DNA of 64,000 nt from an uncultured delta proteobacterium (GTDB taxonomy: Bacteria; Myxococcota_A; Polyangia; Fen-1088): the NCBI GenBank assembly GCA_963849735.1, contig CAWKJE010000003.1, forward strand, positions 67,595 to 131,594. Reading direction: 5' to 3'. Shown here piece by piece: positions 49,737-59,408 of the stretch. Numbering within the stretch: position 1 is the first letter of the stretch; each line of letters opens with the position of its first letter. Position numbers and translations under genes: made by a program. The notes below the pieces were generated by a model, which saw only the letters and a list, made by a program, of their open reading frames with translations, searched no databases and was not told the origin of the DNA.

Positions 49737-51116
49737 GGTGCCACCCAACATGCCGACCCGCTCCTTCATCCCGAGCAGCCCGAGCGAGCCGCTGCGTCTG
49801 ATCTCCTCGCCAGTGATACCCCGTCCGTTGTCCCTCACTACCAGGGAAATGCGCGTGGGCGAGCGGTCGAGTGTGACGGTCATACGCGTCGCCTGAGCGT
49901 GACGGGTGACGTTGGTCAGGGCTTCCTGACACACCCGAAAGAGCGGGGTGGCTAGCTCGGGAGAGAGCTCGAGGCCCTCGGGCACCTCGACCGTGCACTC
50001 GATGCCGGTACGCGCCTGCAGATCGTGCGCCAGCCACTCCACGGCTGCGCCCAGGCCCAGGTCGTCGAGGATGCTTGGGCGTAGCTCGGAGGAGATGCGG
50101 CGCACACATTGGATGGTATCCTTCACCAATTCCACCAAGGCCGAGACTCGGGCGAGGGCTTCTTTATTATGCGGGTCGATATGCTTGTCGAGAAATGCCA
50201 GGTCCATGCCCATGCAGGTCAGCGACTGGCCGAGCTCGTCATGGATTTCCCGTGCGATGCGCACGCGCTCCTCTTCCCGTACCGACTCGACGTGCGCGGC
50301 CAGGGCGCGCAGCTGTGCCCGTGAGCAGCGCTGTTCCTCTTGCCACAAGCGCTGCTGTGTAACGTCGCGCGCCAGGCCGGTGGTGCCTATTACACGGCCT
50401 GATGCGTCGAACACGGGCGACTTCCACGTCTCGAACCAATGGCTCTTGCCATTGACACGAATCTCTTCTTGGACCAGTTTCTTCTCCCGCTTCCCCATGA
50501 CCTCCTGGTCGTCGCGGACATAGCTTTGGGCCAGCTCGTGGGGCCAGGTGGCGAAGTCGTCGAGACCTATCAGCTCAGCGGGGCTGGCTCGGCCGGCCGC
50601 TTCCGCGAACGTCCGATTCACGATCTGGAATTTCCCCTCCGTGTCCTTGAACCAAACCAGGTAGGGGAAATTGTCGAGCATCCCCGACAGGTAGGCCTCG
50701 CGCAGAGCAAGCGTGTCCAGTGCCGCTCGCCGTTCGCTGACGTCGCGGACGATACCGACCACCGCGACCACTTCACCGCTGGGGTCGCGCAAGGGAACCA
50801 GCCTGGTGTCGACCCAGACCGGGCGCCGATGCAGGTCTTGCTGATCTTCGGTCACCACCGTCTCACCGGTGCGGAATACCCTCTGGATGGCAGAGCTATG
50901 GCGCGCAGCTGACGGCGAGGCGAAGAGATCGCCTTGTCTCTGGCCCACCAACTCCTCGCTCTTGTGGCCGAGCGCGGCCGCGGCGATTTGGTTGACGAAC
51001 AGGATACGCTCCTCCCGGTCGACCACGAACACCATGTCGGGCAGTATTTCGAATACCGACGTCAGGAGCGGCCCGCTCCGGGTGAGAAGCTGCTCGAGCT
51101 GGGCGATATCCGTCAT
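49662..51116 (-). CDS. PAS-domain sensor histidine kinase (HisKA_3/NarX-type)
   Basis: 'REIHDELGQSLT' H-box. HATPase 'VVRDNGRGI...GLLGMKERVGMLGG'. Two PAS-like segments. Convergent 75-nt overlap with the kinase gene. Confidence 0.8.
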   Translation of the reverse strand: MTDIAQLEQLLTRSGPLLTSVFEILPDMVFVVDREERILFVNQIAAAALGHKSEELVGQRQGDLFASPSAARHSSAIQRVFRTGETVVTEDQQDLHRRPVWVDTRLVPLRDPSGEVVAVVGIVRDVSERRAALDTLALREAYLSGMLDNFPYLVWFKDTEGKFQIVNRTFAEAAGRASPAELIGLDDFATWPHELAQSYVRDDQEVMGKREKKLVQEEIRVNGKSHWFETWKSPVFDASGRVIGTTGLARDVTQQRLWQEEQRCSRAQLRALAAHVESVREEERVRIAREIHDELGQSLTCMGMDLAFLDKHIDPHNKEALARVSALVELVKDTIQCVRRISSELRPSILDDLGLGAAVEWLAHDLQARTGIECTVEVPEGLELSPELATPLFRVCQEALTNVTRHAQATRMTVTLDRSPTRISLVVRDNGRGITGEEIRRSGSLGLLGMKERVGMLGGTLEIEGHPGQGTTVAIRIPFEAHKS

Positions 51117-51205
51117 GGCCGCGTAAGGGGCTATCTTACTCGTTTGCCGCCTCGCCAGCAGGTTCTCTTACCAGCCGCGCTTACACGTGCTAGCTTTTCC
51201 CCAAG

Positions 51206-52519
51206 ATGAAAATAGCCGTCATAGGCTCGGGCTACGTCGGGTTGGTGGCGAGCGCGGGCTTCGCCGACATGGGGAACGATGTGGTATCGGCCGATATCGA
51301 TCCGGCAAAAATCGCCATGCTGGCCCGGGGCGAGGTTCCTATCTACGAGCCCGGCCTGGACAAGATGATCGCGCACAACGTGAAAGAGGGTCGGCTTTCC
51401 TTCACCACCGATGTGGCCTCCGCTGCGGCTGGTGCCGAGGTGATCTTTCTTGCCGTGGGCACCCCGCCCTTGCCCGATGGCTCGGCCGATTTGAGCTACA
51501 CCTTCAAGGCGGTGGAGACGGTGGCCCGCGCTCTCACGGGCTTCACCGTAATCGTGACCAAGTCTACCGTGCCGGTGGGGACTGGCGACAAGATTGAAGA
51601 GATTCTCCGCCGCCACACCCGACATGGTTATGCGGTGGCCTCCAATCCCGAGTTCCTCAAAGAGGGCGACGCGGTGAATGATTTCATGAAGCCTGATCGG
51701 ATCATCGTGGGAGCCACCGACCCGCGCGCCATCGCAGCTTTGCAGGCTCTCTATGCGCCGTTTACCCGTTCGAGTGATCGCATGCTGATCATGGACCGCC
51801 GTTCAGCCGAGCTGACCAAGTATGCCGCCAACGCCATGCTCGCCACCCGCATCTCGTTCATGAACGACCTCGCCAACCTGTGCGACGCCATCGGTGCGGA
51901 CATCGAGCTCGTGCGCAAAGGCATCGGCTCCGACGGCCGCATCGGTACCAAGTTCCTGTTTGCTGGCGTCGGCTTTGGCGGTAGCTGCTTCCCCAAGGAC
52001 TTGCGCGCGGCCATCGGCACGGGCAAAGAAGCCGGCGTCACGCTCGAGGTTCTGGAGGCGGTGATCGCGGTGAACGAGCGGCAGAAGCACCGCCTGAGCG
52101 CCGACATTACTCGCTTCTTTCACGGTGACCTGCGCGGTAAGCGTATTGCCGTGTGGGGCCTGGCATTCAAGCCCGGTACCGACGACATTCGCGAAGCCCC
52201 GGCGCTCGTCCTGGCCGAGGATCTGTTGGCTGCGGGAGCCGAGGTGGTCGCCACCGATCCGGTGGCCATTGCCGCCACCCAGAAGCTCCTCGCTGGCAGG
52301 GTGCGTTTCATAGCATCCAACTACGCCTGCGCCGAAGGGGCTGACGCCCTGGTCTTGGTCACGGAATGGCACGACTATCGCCGCCCCAATTTCGTCCGAC
52401 TCGCGGCCGCGATGCGGGGCAAGGCGATCTTCGATGGTCGTAACGTCTGGGAGCCCAGCGAAGTCGAGTCCGCTGGCCTGGTGTATCACGGTGTCGGGCG
52501 CGGTCGCCGGGTTGCTTGA
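51206..52519 (+). CDS. ugd: UDP-glucose 6-dehydrogenase
   Basis: 'MKIAVIGSGYVGLV' and 'GFGGSCFPKD' catalytic Cys motif. Confidence 0.9.
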   Translation: MKIAVIGSGYVGLVASAGFADMGNDVVSADIDPAKIAMLARGEVPIYEPGLDKMIAHNVKEGRLSFTTDVASAAAGAEVIFLAVGTPPLPDGSADLSYTFKAVETVARALTGFTVIVTKSTVPVGTGDKIEEILRRHTRHGYAVASNPEFLKEGDAVNDFMKPDRIIVGATDPRAIAALQALYAPFTRSSDRMLIMDRRSAELTKYAANAMLATRISFMNDLANLCDAIGADIELVRKGIGSDGRIGTKFLFAGVGFGGSCFPKDLRAAIGTGKEAGVTLEVLEAVIAVNERQKHRLSADITRFFHGDLRGKRIAVWGLAFKPGTDDIREAPALVLAEDLLAAGAEVVATDPVAIAATQKLLAGRVRFIASNYACAEGADALVLVTEWHDYRRPNFVRLAAAMRGKAIFDGRNVWEPSEVESAGLVYHGVGRGRRVA

Positions 52520-52522
52520 CCG

Positions 52523-53464
52523 TCAGGTTGGAGGGCGTGAACCTTCGGGGTGAGGGATGCGCCTGACGACGGTGCTCTCCGTGCAGCGCAGACCATCTGC
52601 GCGGAGGGTTGCTCCCTCGATCTGGACGAGGTCTCCACGCGCGAGGTTCGCCATCTCCTGATTGGCGGGGCTGCGCTGACGGTCGAGACGTGTCACCAGC
52701 AGTCTGCCTGCGGGACCGCAGGCGAAAAGGCCCAGCCGTCCTTTGCTCCTCAGCGGATCACTGACGATGCGAAAGCAGCCCTGCTCGCGGCAGGCCGTTC
52801 CCCGGCGGCGCAACACCAGGTAGCTGAAGTCGACGCGCGATCTGCCCGTCGCAATGGCTCCGGCGCTGGCATGGCAAAAATCGCGCTCGCGTAGCAAGGC
52901 TGGGCAGGGGCCCTGCCACAGACACGGCGCAACCACGAAGTACTGGGCGGCAACCAGTCGGTCGCGCAGGGCCAAAAGCTGGCGCGAGGTGGCGCGGAGC
53001 GCGGGCTCGATCAAGATGCAATGCCCGTCCTTCTCCATTAACTCGTCGCACCATCCAAGCACCAGGCGCGCACAACGGTCGGTGTCGAGCGCAAGCTCGC
53101 CGAGGAGATGAGCGGCGATGATCAGGTCGAAGCGGCCCTCGACCCCGGGGGGACGGCCGCTTCGCGTCAGGTCGGCTGCTATCGTGCCCGCACCCGCGAT
53201 CCGGTCTACCGACGAGATGATGCTGGCAGGCCAGCGTGCCTGAGCCGCCCGGCCCGCAGCACCAGTGCCAGCTCCCAGGTCCAGTACCCTGCGGGGCGAA
53301 GGCAAGGGCGTGTGCGCGAAGAGGTGGGTGAGCGCGGCGGTGCTGCGGGGTGCAATCTCGGTCTCGTACTGACGGCGTAGCTCGGGATCGGACAGATATG
53401 GCTTGCCCACCAGCAGGCGCGCCCCGGTGAGCCCGCGATGGATGGCACTAGGCGGCTTGCGCAA
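52523..53464 (-). CDS. class I SAM-dependent methyltransferase
   Basis: 'VLDLGAGTGAAG' motif I. Confidence 0.65.
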   Translation of the reverse strand: MRKPPSAIHRGLTGARLLVGKPYLSDPELRRQYETEIAPRSTAALTHLFAHTPLPSPRRVLDLGAGTGAAGRAAQARWPASIISSVDRIAGAGTIAADLTRSGRPPGVEGRFDLIIAAHLLGELALDTDRCARLVLGWCDELMEKDGHCILIEPALRATSRQLLALRDRLVAAQYFVVAPCLWQGPCPALLRERDFCHASAGAIATGRSRVDFSYLVLRRRGTACREQGCFRIVSDPLRSKGRLGLFACGPAGRLLVTRLDRQRSPANQEMANLARGDLVQIEGATLRADGLRCTESTVVRRIPHPEGSRPPT

Positions 53465-53493
53465 TCCTACCTGCTCGTCTCACGCGCCCCTCT

Positions 53494-54567
53494 TCAGCCG
53501 ATCTTGGTGAAGAAGATGCCTTTGATATCGTTGAAGGTCACCACCACGAGCACGAGCAAGAGGACCATGATCCCGACCATGTGGATCTTGGTCTCGACGG
53601 CCGGGCTCACTTCGCGGCGGCGTACGCTGCTGATCCCGACGAATAGGATCCGGCCACCGTCCAGGCCGGGTAGCGGCAGAAGGTTGAACACGCCGAGCGC
53701 GACCGAGATCAAGATCATGATTTCGAGGAATTTGAGCGTGCCTTGCTTGGCCGCGCCAGCCATCTCCCGCGCGATACCGAGCGGCCCGGTCAGGCCGCCT
53801 TCGATCCGGCGTGTGATCAGATCCCAGATATTCTTGAGCAGCACCGCGGAAAGCCCGATGGGCATGACGAAGGCTTCCTCGACCGCTGCGAGGAGAGGAC
53901 CGCGCGCGCGCACCTGGCCGAAGCGGACGCCTATCATGTAGATGCCGCTGCTGGTGTCCCTGCGCGGAGCGATGGCCAGCGTGACCGGGGCCCCTGCGCG
54001 CAACACTCTGATCTCGATGGCTTGTCCGCCCGAGGAGCGCACGGCTTGGGTCACATCGGCCGGCTTGGTCACCGGCCGACCCTTGACGGCGGCCACAATG
54101 TCGCCCGCGCGCAACCCGACCGCTTGGGCGGCACTGCCCGGTACGACTTCGTCCACGGTGGTAGTACCGGTGTACTGGCCGTAGGCGACCAGGACCACGA
54201 AGCCGATCAGAATGGCCGTGAGGTAGTTGGCGGCCGGGCCACCCAAGAGCACCAGAAAACGCATCCAGCGCGGGCGATTAGGGTAGACGTAGGGATCGGA
54301 ATGATCGAACTCCTCCTGCGGGTTCATGCCGGTCACTTGCACGAAACCGCCCAGCGGGATCGGTGCAATCTGGTATACGGTATGGCCGCGCTTGAACGAA
54401 AGCAGGGCGTTGCCAAAGCCGATGGAAAAACGCTCGACTCGCATCCCACATAGTCGAGCGGTCACGAAATGCCCGGCCTCATGCAGGACGATGAGGAGGG
54501 CGAGACCCACGATCGCGACCAGAATGGACATTGAGTCAACCTTAGCAGGATTTTGGCCGTCCCACAC
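53494..54567 (-). CDS. rseP: RseP-type site-2 zinc metalloprotease (RIP protease) with PDZ domain
   Basis: 'HEAGHFVTA' HExxH. PDZ region. 'LNLLPLPGLDGG' LDG motif. Confidence 0.85.
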   Translation of the reverse strand: MWDGQNPAKVDSMSILVAIVGLALLIVLHEAGHFVTARLCGMRVERFSIGFGNALLSFKRGHTVYQIAPIPLGGFVQVTGMNPQEEFDHSDPYVYPNRPRWMRFLVLLGGPAANYLTAILIGFVVLVAYGQYTGTTTVDEVVPGSAAQAVGLRAGDIVAAVKGRPVTKPADVTQAVRSSGGQAIEIRVLRAGAPVTLAIAPRRDTSSGIYMIGVRFGQVRARGPLLAAVEEAFVMPIGLSAVLLKNIWDLITRRIEGGLTGPLGIAREMAGAAKQGTLKFLEIMILISVALGVFNLLPLPGLDGGRILFVGISSVRRREVSPAVETKIHMVGIMVLLLVLVVVTFNDIKGIFFTKIG

Positions 54568-54754
54568 CGCCAGTGTGCGCGACTCATGGCGCGGGTTACG
54601 TCCGTGATCCCGGACGGCTGCAGGGTCCAGGTTGACGGCTTCGGGCTGCCGACCACGGGCGCCGGGCGGCTCACCGCGGGTATTTGGGCGATGGCTTCGG
54701 GCGACGGGCGGTAGAGCTGTGCGGCGGCGCGGCCGAGGCCCGCGGATTCCCGCG

Positions 54755-55864
54755 TCAGGCTAGCTTCCTCCGGACCAGCTCCGCTCCGATGGCAGCGCTC
54801 AATCCGGCTGCGTCGCCGTGCTCGAGGAGCAAGAGACCGGTCGAGCCCGCGAGCTCGCGCAGCCCACCGTTCGCGCATGCGATCACCGCGCTGCCGCAGG
54901 CGAGGGCTTCGCGGACTACCAGCGGCATGCCTTCGCTGCGGCCGTCGTCGAGCACGCGGCCGGGGTGTACGAAAAGGTCTGCGGCGATCATCGCTTCCGC
55001 CAGGGCTGACTGGCTGAGTGTGCCGGCGAAGCGTACTGCAACGCCGGTGCGCTGTGCCTGACGGACGAGCGACGGCAGCTCCGGCCCGTCGCCCGCGATC
55101 ATGAGGTCGGGGCGGGTGGGGGGAGCGAGGCAGGCCAGGGCGGTGATGAGCGTGTCGAAACCCTTGATGGGGACCAAGCGACCCGCGGCCAGCACGGTCG
55201 GGCGTGCGAAGCCCAACCGTGCGCGCAGGAGCGGGCGATCGAGCGGGCGGCGATGGAAAATCGTCGTGTCAAACGGGGCTGCTCGCACCCGGCAGCGCGC
55301 ACCCAGTGCTTCGGGCCGGCCGCCGATGAGGTCAGTGAAGCTTTCTTGCAGGTGCACGCTGGCAAAGACCAATTCCGGGCTCGAGCGGCACAGGCTGCGC
55401 GCCAAACTGGCACCTAATGGCAATCGGCGCAGCAGGAATAGGTCGCCGCCGTGGACATGGCTGCGGTGGGGGAGCTTGGGCAAGACGGCCGCGGTCAGGA
55501 GGCCGCAGGGCACCAGCCAATGACTCTCCACCGCTTGCCAGCTCCGCCCGCGACGGCAAAGTTGGCTGAGCATGGCCAGGGAAAAGCCCGCTCCTGCCGC
55601 CCAGGCCCACAGCCGGCGCAGGCGGCTCTTGCTCTCGAGGGCGTCGGGCGCTCCGCCGGTGTAGAAGAGGCCCCAGGCTTCAATCCGGGTGACGCGTTCC
55701 TCCCCGGTGGCGCAATCGGCGGCGGTGGTGCCCGCGGGATCGCGGGCTGCCAAGATCTCGATCTGCTCTCCTTGTTGCCTGAGCTCGCGGACGCGCTGGC
55801 GGACAAAGCCGCCCGCGCCGTCGCCCGTTGCGCGGGGGTAAGACGTTGTGACGACGCCGATCAC
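54755..55864 (-). CDS. glycosyltransferase family 4 (GT-B); start uncertain (GTG at 55864)
   Basis: 'SEGMPLVVREALACGSAVIA' E-x7-E-like motif. The N-terminal ~134 codons of the long ORF look spurious. GTGA overlap with the upstream GT2 stop. Confidence 0.6.
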   Translation of the reverse strand: MIGVVTTSYPRATGDGAGGFVRQRVRELRQQGEQIEILAARDPAGTTAADCATGEERVTRIEAWGLFYTGGAPDALESKSRLRRLWAWAAGAGFSLAMLSQLCRRGRSWQAVESHWLVPCGLLTAAVLPKLPHRSHVHGGDLFLLRRLPLGASLARSLCRSSPELVFASVHLQESFTDLIGGRPEALGARCRVRAAPFDTTIFHRRPLDRPLLRARLGFARPTVLAAGRLVPIKGFDTLITALACLAPPTRPDLMIAGDGPELPSLVRQAQRTGVAVRFAGTLSQSALAEAMIAADLFVHPGRVLDDGRSEGMPLVVREALACGSAVIACANGGLRELAGSTGLLLLEHGDAAGLSAAIGAELVRRKLA

Positions 55865-56631
55865 GGGGGCGGCTCGGGGACTGGTAGGCGCGAGCCGAGG
55901 ATTTTGCGCTGGAGCGAGGATAACCCACGGGACCACATCGCCCGTGTCAGAAGACCCATGAGGGGCAACACCACCCTCGAGATGCGAATGCCCGAGCGCC
56001 ACTCCGGGCCGTACACCGGTCTGACCGGGACGTCGACGACCCGAGCGCCCAGCCGCCCGAGCCGAGCTAGAATGTCGTTGGGATAGCCGTAGCGCGGGAA
56101 GACTTCGCCCGACAATATCATGGTCAAGGCGCGCCGGTTGGCCGCGGTATATCCACACTGCGAGTCGAAGATTTGCCCATAGCCCGAGGCTAGCCGGGTC
56201 AGCAAGGAAAGCGCAGCATTGCCTATGAGGCGCGAGGGCGGCATCGAGCGATACACGCCTGGCCACGCGAAACGGTTGCCCTTGGCATAGTCGGCGGAGC
56301 CGGCGACCACCGGGGAAATGAGCGACGCCAGATCGGCGGGGTCCATTTGCGAGTCACCCGCCATGACCGCGGTGATGTCCGCTCCAGCGCCGAGAGCCGC
56401 TGCATAGCCGGTTGCGATGGCGGCGCCCACTCCCTGGTTGTGCTCATGCTGGAGGACCTGGAGGCCCCGGCGTTGGCTACGGCGGGCGATGCGAGCGCTG
56501 CCATCGGTGCTGGCATCGTCCACGACGAGGACGTGGTCGACGAAGCCGGGCACCGAACGCAGGGTGCGCCCGATTTTCTCGGCCTCGTTGAAAGCCGGCA
56601 CGACCACGGCTATGCGATGTGCCTTGAACAT
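55861..56631 (-). CDS. glycosyltransferase family 2 (DPM1-like)
   Basis: 'IAVVVPAFNEAEKIGRTL...VLVVDDASTDGS' DXD region. Confidence 0.8.
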   Translation of the reverse strand: MFKAHRIAVVVPAFNEAEKIGRTLRSVPGFVDHVLVVDDASTDGSARIARRSQRRGLQVLQHEHNQGVGAAIATGYAAALGAGADITAVMAGDSQMDPADLASLISPVVAGSADYAKGNRFAWPGVYRSMPPSRLIGNAALSLLTRLASGYGQIFDSQCGYTAANRRALTMILSGEVFPRYGYPNDILARLGRLGARVVDVPVRPVYGPEWRSGIRISRVVLPLMGLLTRAMWSRGLSSLQRKILGSRLPVPEPPP

Positions 56632-56649
56632 GCGCTGGCGGTGGCGGAG

Positions 56650-58416
56650 CTACTCGAACGGCGAGGGCTTGTGCTCGTTGAGGGACGAGTCCTTCGGTTT
56701 CAGGGAATAGGCATCGGGCGCCGTCCCCTTGTGGGGGCGGGCACGGACTTTCTTCGGCTTGCTCTTCTCCGAAGTATCGCGCGGGGACGCAGCCACCGGC
56801 TCGGGCGCGCTCGGGGCGGGCGATGGCTCGGAGGGCGGCGGGGCTTGGGTGGGGGGCGGCGCAGGCGGTCGCTGCGGCTGGGGCTGGGACTGCGCCTGGG
56901 ACTGGGGTTGCGGCTGCGGCTGCAGGCTGACTTCGCCGGACCAGTCAGGGCGGATTTCTTTGGTGGTCTCCTGATAGCCGGGCAAGCGGAACACCACGAA
57001 GCTCGTGCGGTCGTCGCGATACTCGACCTTGCGCCGGAACGGCGTGTGTCCGAGGTATTCGTTGCTGCCGACCACGAAGACCTCGGCCCCAATGGGAGTC
57101 GATTGAAAGGCGAGGTCGAGGAAGATAATCTTGGGGATGGGGCTTTGGCTGGGGGAAAGCACGTGCGCTCCGCGCAAGGTCCAGATAGCCCCGGCGACGA
57201 AGGCAAAGCCGAGCAGGAGAAGACCGGAAATGAAGACCCATCCGGGTACGGCGCGCAGCACGGGAGGGCGGGGCGGGGAGGCGTCGGTCTGCGCCGGGGA
57301 CTGGGCTTGGGATTGGCTCGGCGCCACGCGGTGGGAGCCGGTCGGGGCTCCCTGAACCACGGCGGGGATAGTGGGAGATCGTGGTCGCCTGGATATACCC
57401 GAGCCGCTCGAGGCGTTGGAACGAGAGGGGCTGACCGATGACGTCTGCATGCGAGGGCGGGATTGGGAGTCGGCCCCTACGTCGACCGGGAAAAGGCTGC
57501 GCATGGCCGCGGCCAAATGGCCGGCTTGGAAGCGGGCCGCGTAAACCACGTCGTCGAGGGCATCGGCCATTTCCGACGCGGATTGGTAGCGCTGGTCGCG
57601 GTCTTTGGCCAGGGCCTGCAGTACCATCTGGTCGAGCTCGGGTGGACAGAGCGGGTTGTGGAGCGATGGCGGCAGGACCTCGCAGCGGCGTACTCGCTCG
57701 ATGGTCTGCATGTCATTTTCGCCCTTGAAGAGCCGCCGGCCGGTGAGCATCTCGTGGAGAACGATGCCGGTGGCAAAGATATCGATGCGACGATCGATCT
57801 CGTTCGAAGTCGTCTGCTCCGGCGCCATGTAAGCGAACTTGCCCTTGAGCGTGCCACTCTTGGTGCCCTCGTCGGCGTCCCCGCCCAGCGCTTTGGCGAT
57901 GCCGAAGTCGAGGAGCTTGACCGCGCCGTCGAACGACAACATGACGTTGGAGGGCGACACGTCACGATGGATCATGCCGAGCATCTGTCCCTCATCGGAC
58001 GTGAATTCGTGCGCGTATGCAAGGGCGCGGCACATCTCGCGCCCGATGTATGCGACCATTTCGGGATGGGGGGGGCCAACGCGTGCCCACAGCGTGCGCA
58101 TGGTCTCCGCCAGGTCATGCCCACGCACGTACTCCATCGACATGAAGTACTCGCCGTCCACGCTGCCCAGCTCGAAAACCTGAACGATGTTGGGATGGGT
58201 GAGCTTGGCCGCGATCTTGGCCTCGTCGATGAACATGTGCGTAAACGACTCGTCGTCCGAGAGGTGCGGCAATATGCGCTTGACCACGAAGGTGCGCTCG
58301 AAGCCGGCCGGTCCCTGGATGCGCGCCTTGAAGACGTCGGCCATGCCGCCACGCCCGATGCGTTCGAACAACGTGTACTTGCCGAATGGTATCGGCTGAG
58401 GGAGCACTACACCCAC
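56650..58416 (-). CDS. Ser/Thr protein kinase with Pro-rich linker and PEGA-like C-terminal domain
   Basis: 'GMIHRDVSPSNVML' and 'LLDFGIAK'. C-terminal 'FVVGSNEYLGHTPFRRKVEY'. Confidence 0.85.
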   Translation of the reverse strand: MGVVLPQPIPFGKYTLFERIGRGGMADVFKARIQGPAGFERTFVVKRILPHLSDDESFTHMFIDEAKIAAKLTHPNIVQVFELGSVDGEYFMSMEYVRGHDLAETMRTLWARVGPPHPEMVAYIGREMCRALAYAHEFTSDEGQMLGMIHRDVSPSNVMLSFDGAVKLLDFGIAKALGGDADEGTKSGTLKGKFAYMAPEQTTSNEIDRRIDIFATGIVLHEMLTGRRLFKGENDMQTIERVRRCEVLPPSLHNPLCPPELDQMVLQALAKDRDQRYQSASEMADALDDVVYAARFQAGHLAAAMRSLFPVDVGADSQSRPRMQTSSVSPSRSNASSGSGISRRPRSPTIPAVVQGAPTGSHRVAPSQSQAQSPAQTDASPPRPPVLRAVPGWVFISGLLLLGFAFVAGAIWTLRGAHVLSPSQSPIPKIIFLDLAFQSTPIGAEVFVVGSNEYLGHTPFRRKVEYRDDRTSFVVFRLPGYQETTKEIRPDWSGEVSLQPQPQPQSQAQSQPQPQRPPAPPPTQAPPPSEPSPAPSAPEPVAASPRDTSEKSKPKKVRARPHKGTAPDAYSLKPKDSSLNEHKPSPFE

Positions 58417-58571
58417 GGCTTTCCGGTAGATTGTATCCCGAAATGCTACCCGTCCGCCTGTTCCGCCTGGCGATTGTGTCGCGAGAGCACCTCAGGATAT
58501 TCCAAAGCTACCTGTGAGGGGTGTGGGCACGCAAGTTCCCTTCGGCGGATAACGCCTACATGTAAGGAGCC

Positions 58572-59339
58572 ATGATGCGCAACTCGGCCGAGCCACAAGT
58601 CGTCCTCGTGGGGGGGCTCGATCCGGGGACTGGCGCGGGGGTACTGCGTGACCTGCTCACCGCGGTAGAGCTCGGGGCACAGCCAAGAGTGGTGGTGACG
58701 GCCATCACCGAGCAGAACGCGACCAGGGTGGCCGGCATCGAGCCGCGCGATGGCGAACAGGTTGGGGGGGCGCTGCGGGCTGCGCTGGCGCAGACGCGCA
58801 GTCCAGGCGTCAAGGTCGGCATGGTCGCCACCGGAGGCGTGGCCCGTGCCCTGGCTATGACGCTCGATGCTTTTGCGGGGCCAGTGGTCTTCGATCCTGT
58901 GCTATGTGCGTCAAGCGGCGGTTCCCTCTACCGCGGCGGGCGCGCCGAGCTGTTCGAGCTGGCCGCAAGATCTACCCTGCTTACCCCGAACCTGAGCGAA
59001 GCGGCATGGCTGCTCGATCGCACGGTGGAGAGCCTGGCCGATGCCAAGCAGGCGGCCAGAGACCTCGTCGCCATGGGGCTGCCCGCGGTGCTGGTAAAGG
59101 GAGGGCATCTGCGCGGCGCGGCCTGTGACGTGTTGCTCGACCACGATCGGGAGCACATCTTTACCAGTGACCGGGTGGCCGGGGTGAGCCCGCGCGGAAC
59201 CGGCTGCGCCCTGGCGACGGCGATCGCGGTGGAGCTGGTGCGTGGCCATGACCTGGCGTCTGCCGTCGCCTCGGCCAAGCTCTGGCTTACCGCCAAGATT
59301 GCCGGAGCGCGCCAGGTGGGCGACGAGTGGCACTTGTAG
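58572..59339 (+). CDS. thiD: hydroxymethylpyrimidine/phosphomethylpyrimidine kinase
   Basis: 'VLVGGLDPGTGAGVLRDL', 'LTPNLSEAAWLL', 'VLVKGGHL'. Confidence 0.8.
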   Translation: MMRNSAEPQVVLVGGLDPGTGAGVLRDLLTAVELGAQPRVVVTAITEQNATRVAGIEPRDGEQVGGALRAALAQTRSPGVKVGMVATGGVARALAMTLDAFAGPVVFDPVLCASSGGSLYRGGRAELFELAARSTLLTPNLSEAAWLLDRTVESLADAKQAARDLVAMGLPAVLVKGGHLRGAACDVLLDHDREHIFTSDRVAGVSPRGTGCALATAIAVELVRGHDLASAVASAKLWLTAKIAGARQVGDEWHL

Positions 59340-59408
59340 AGCTCATTGCCACCCGATTGGACTAAAGTGATTTCCACTTTCGTGGACCTCAAACGTCTTG
59401 GAGGAGCA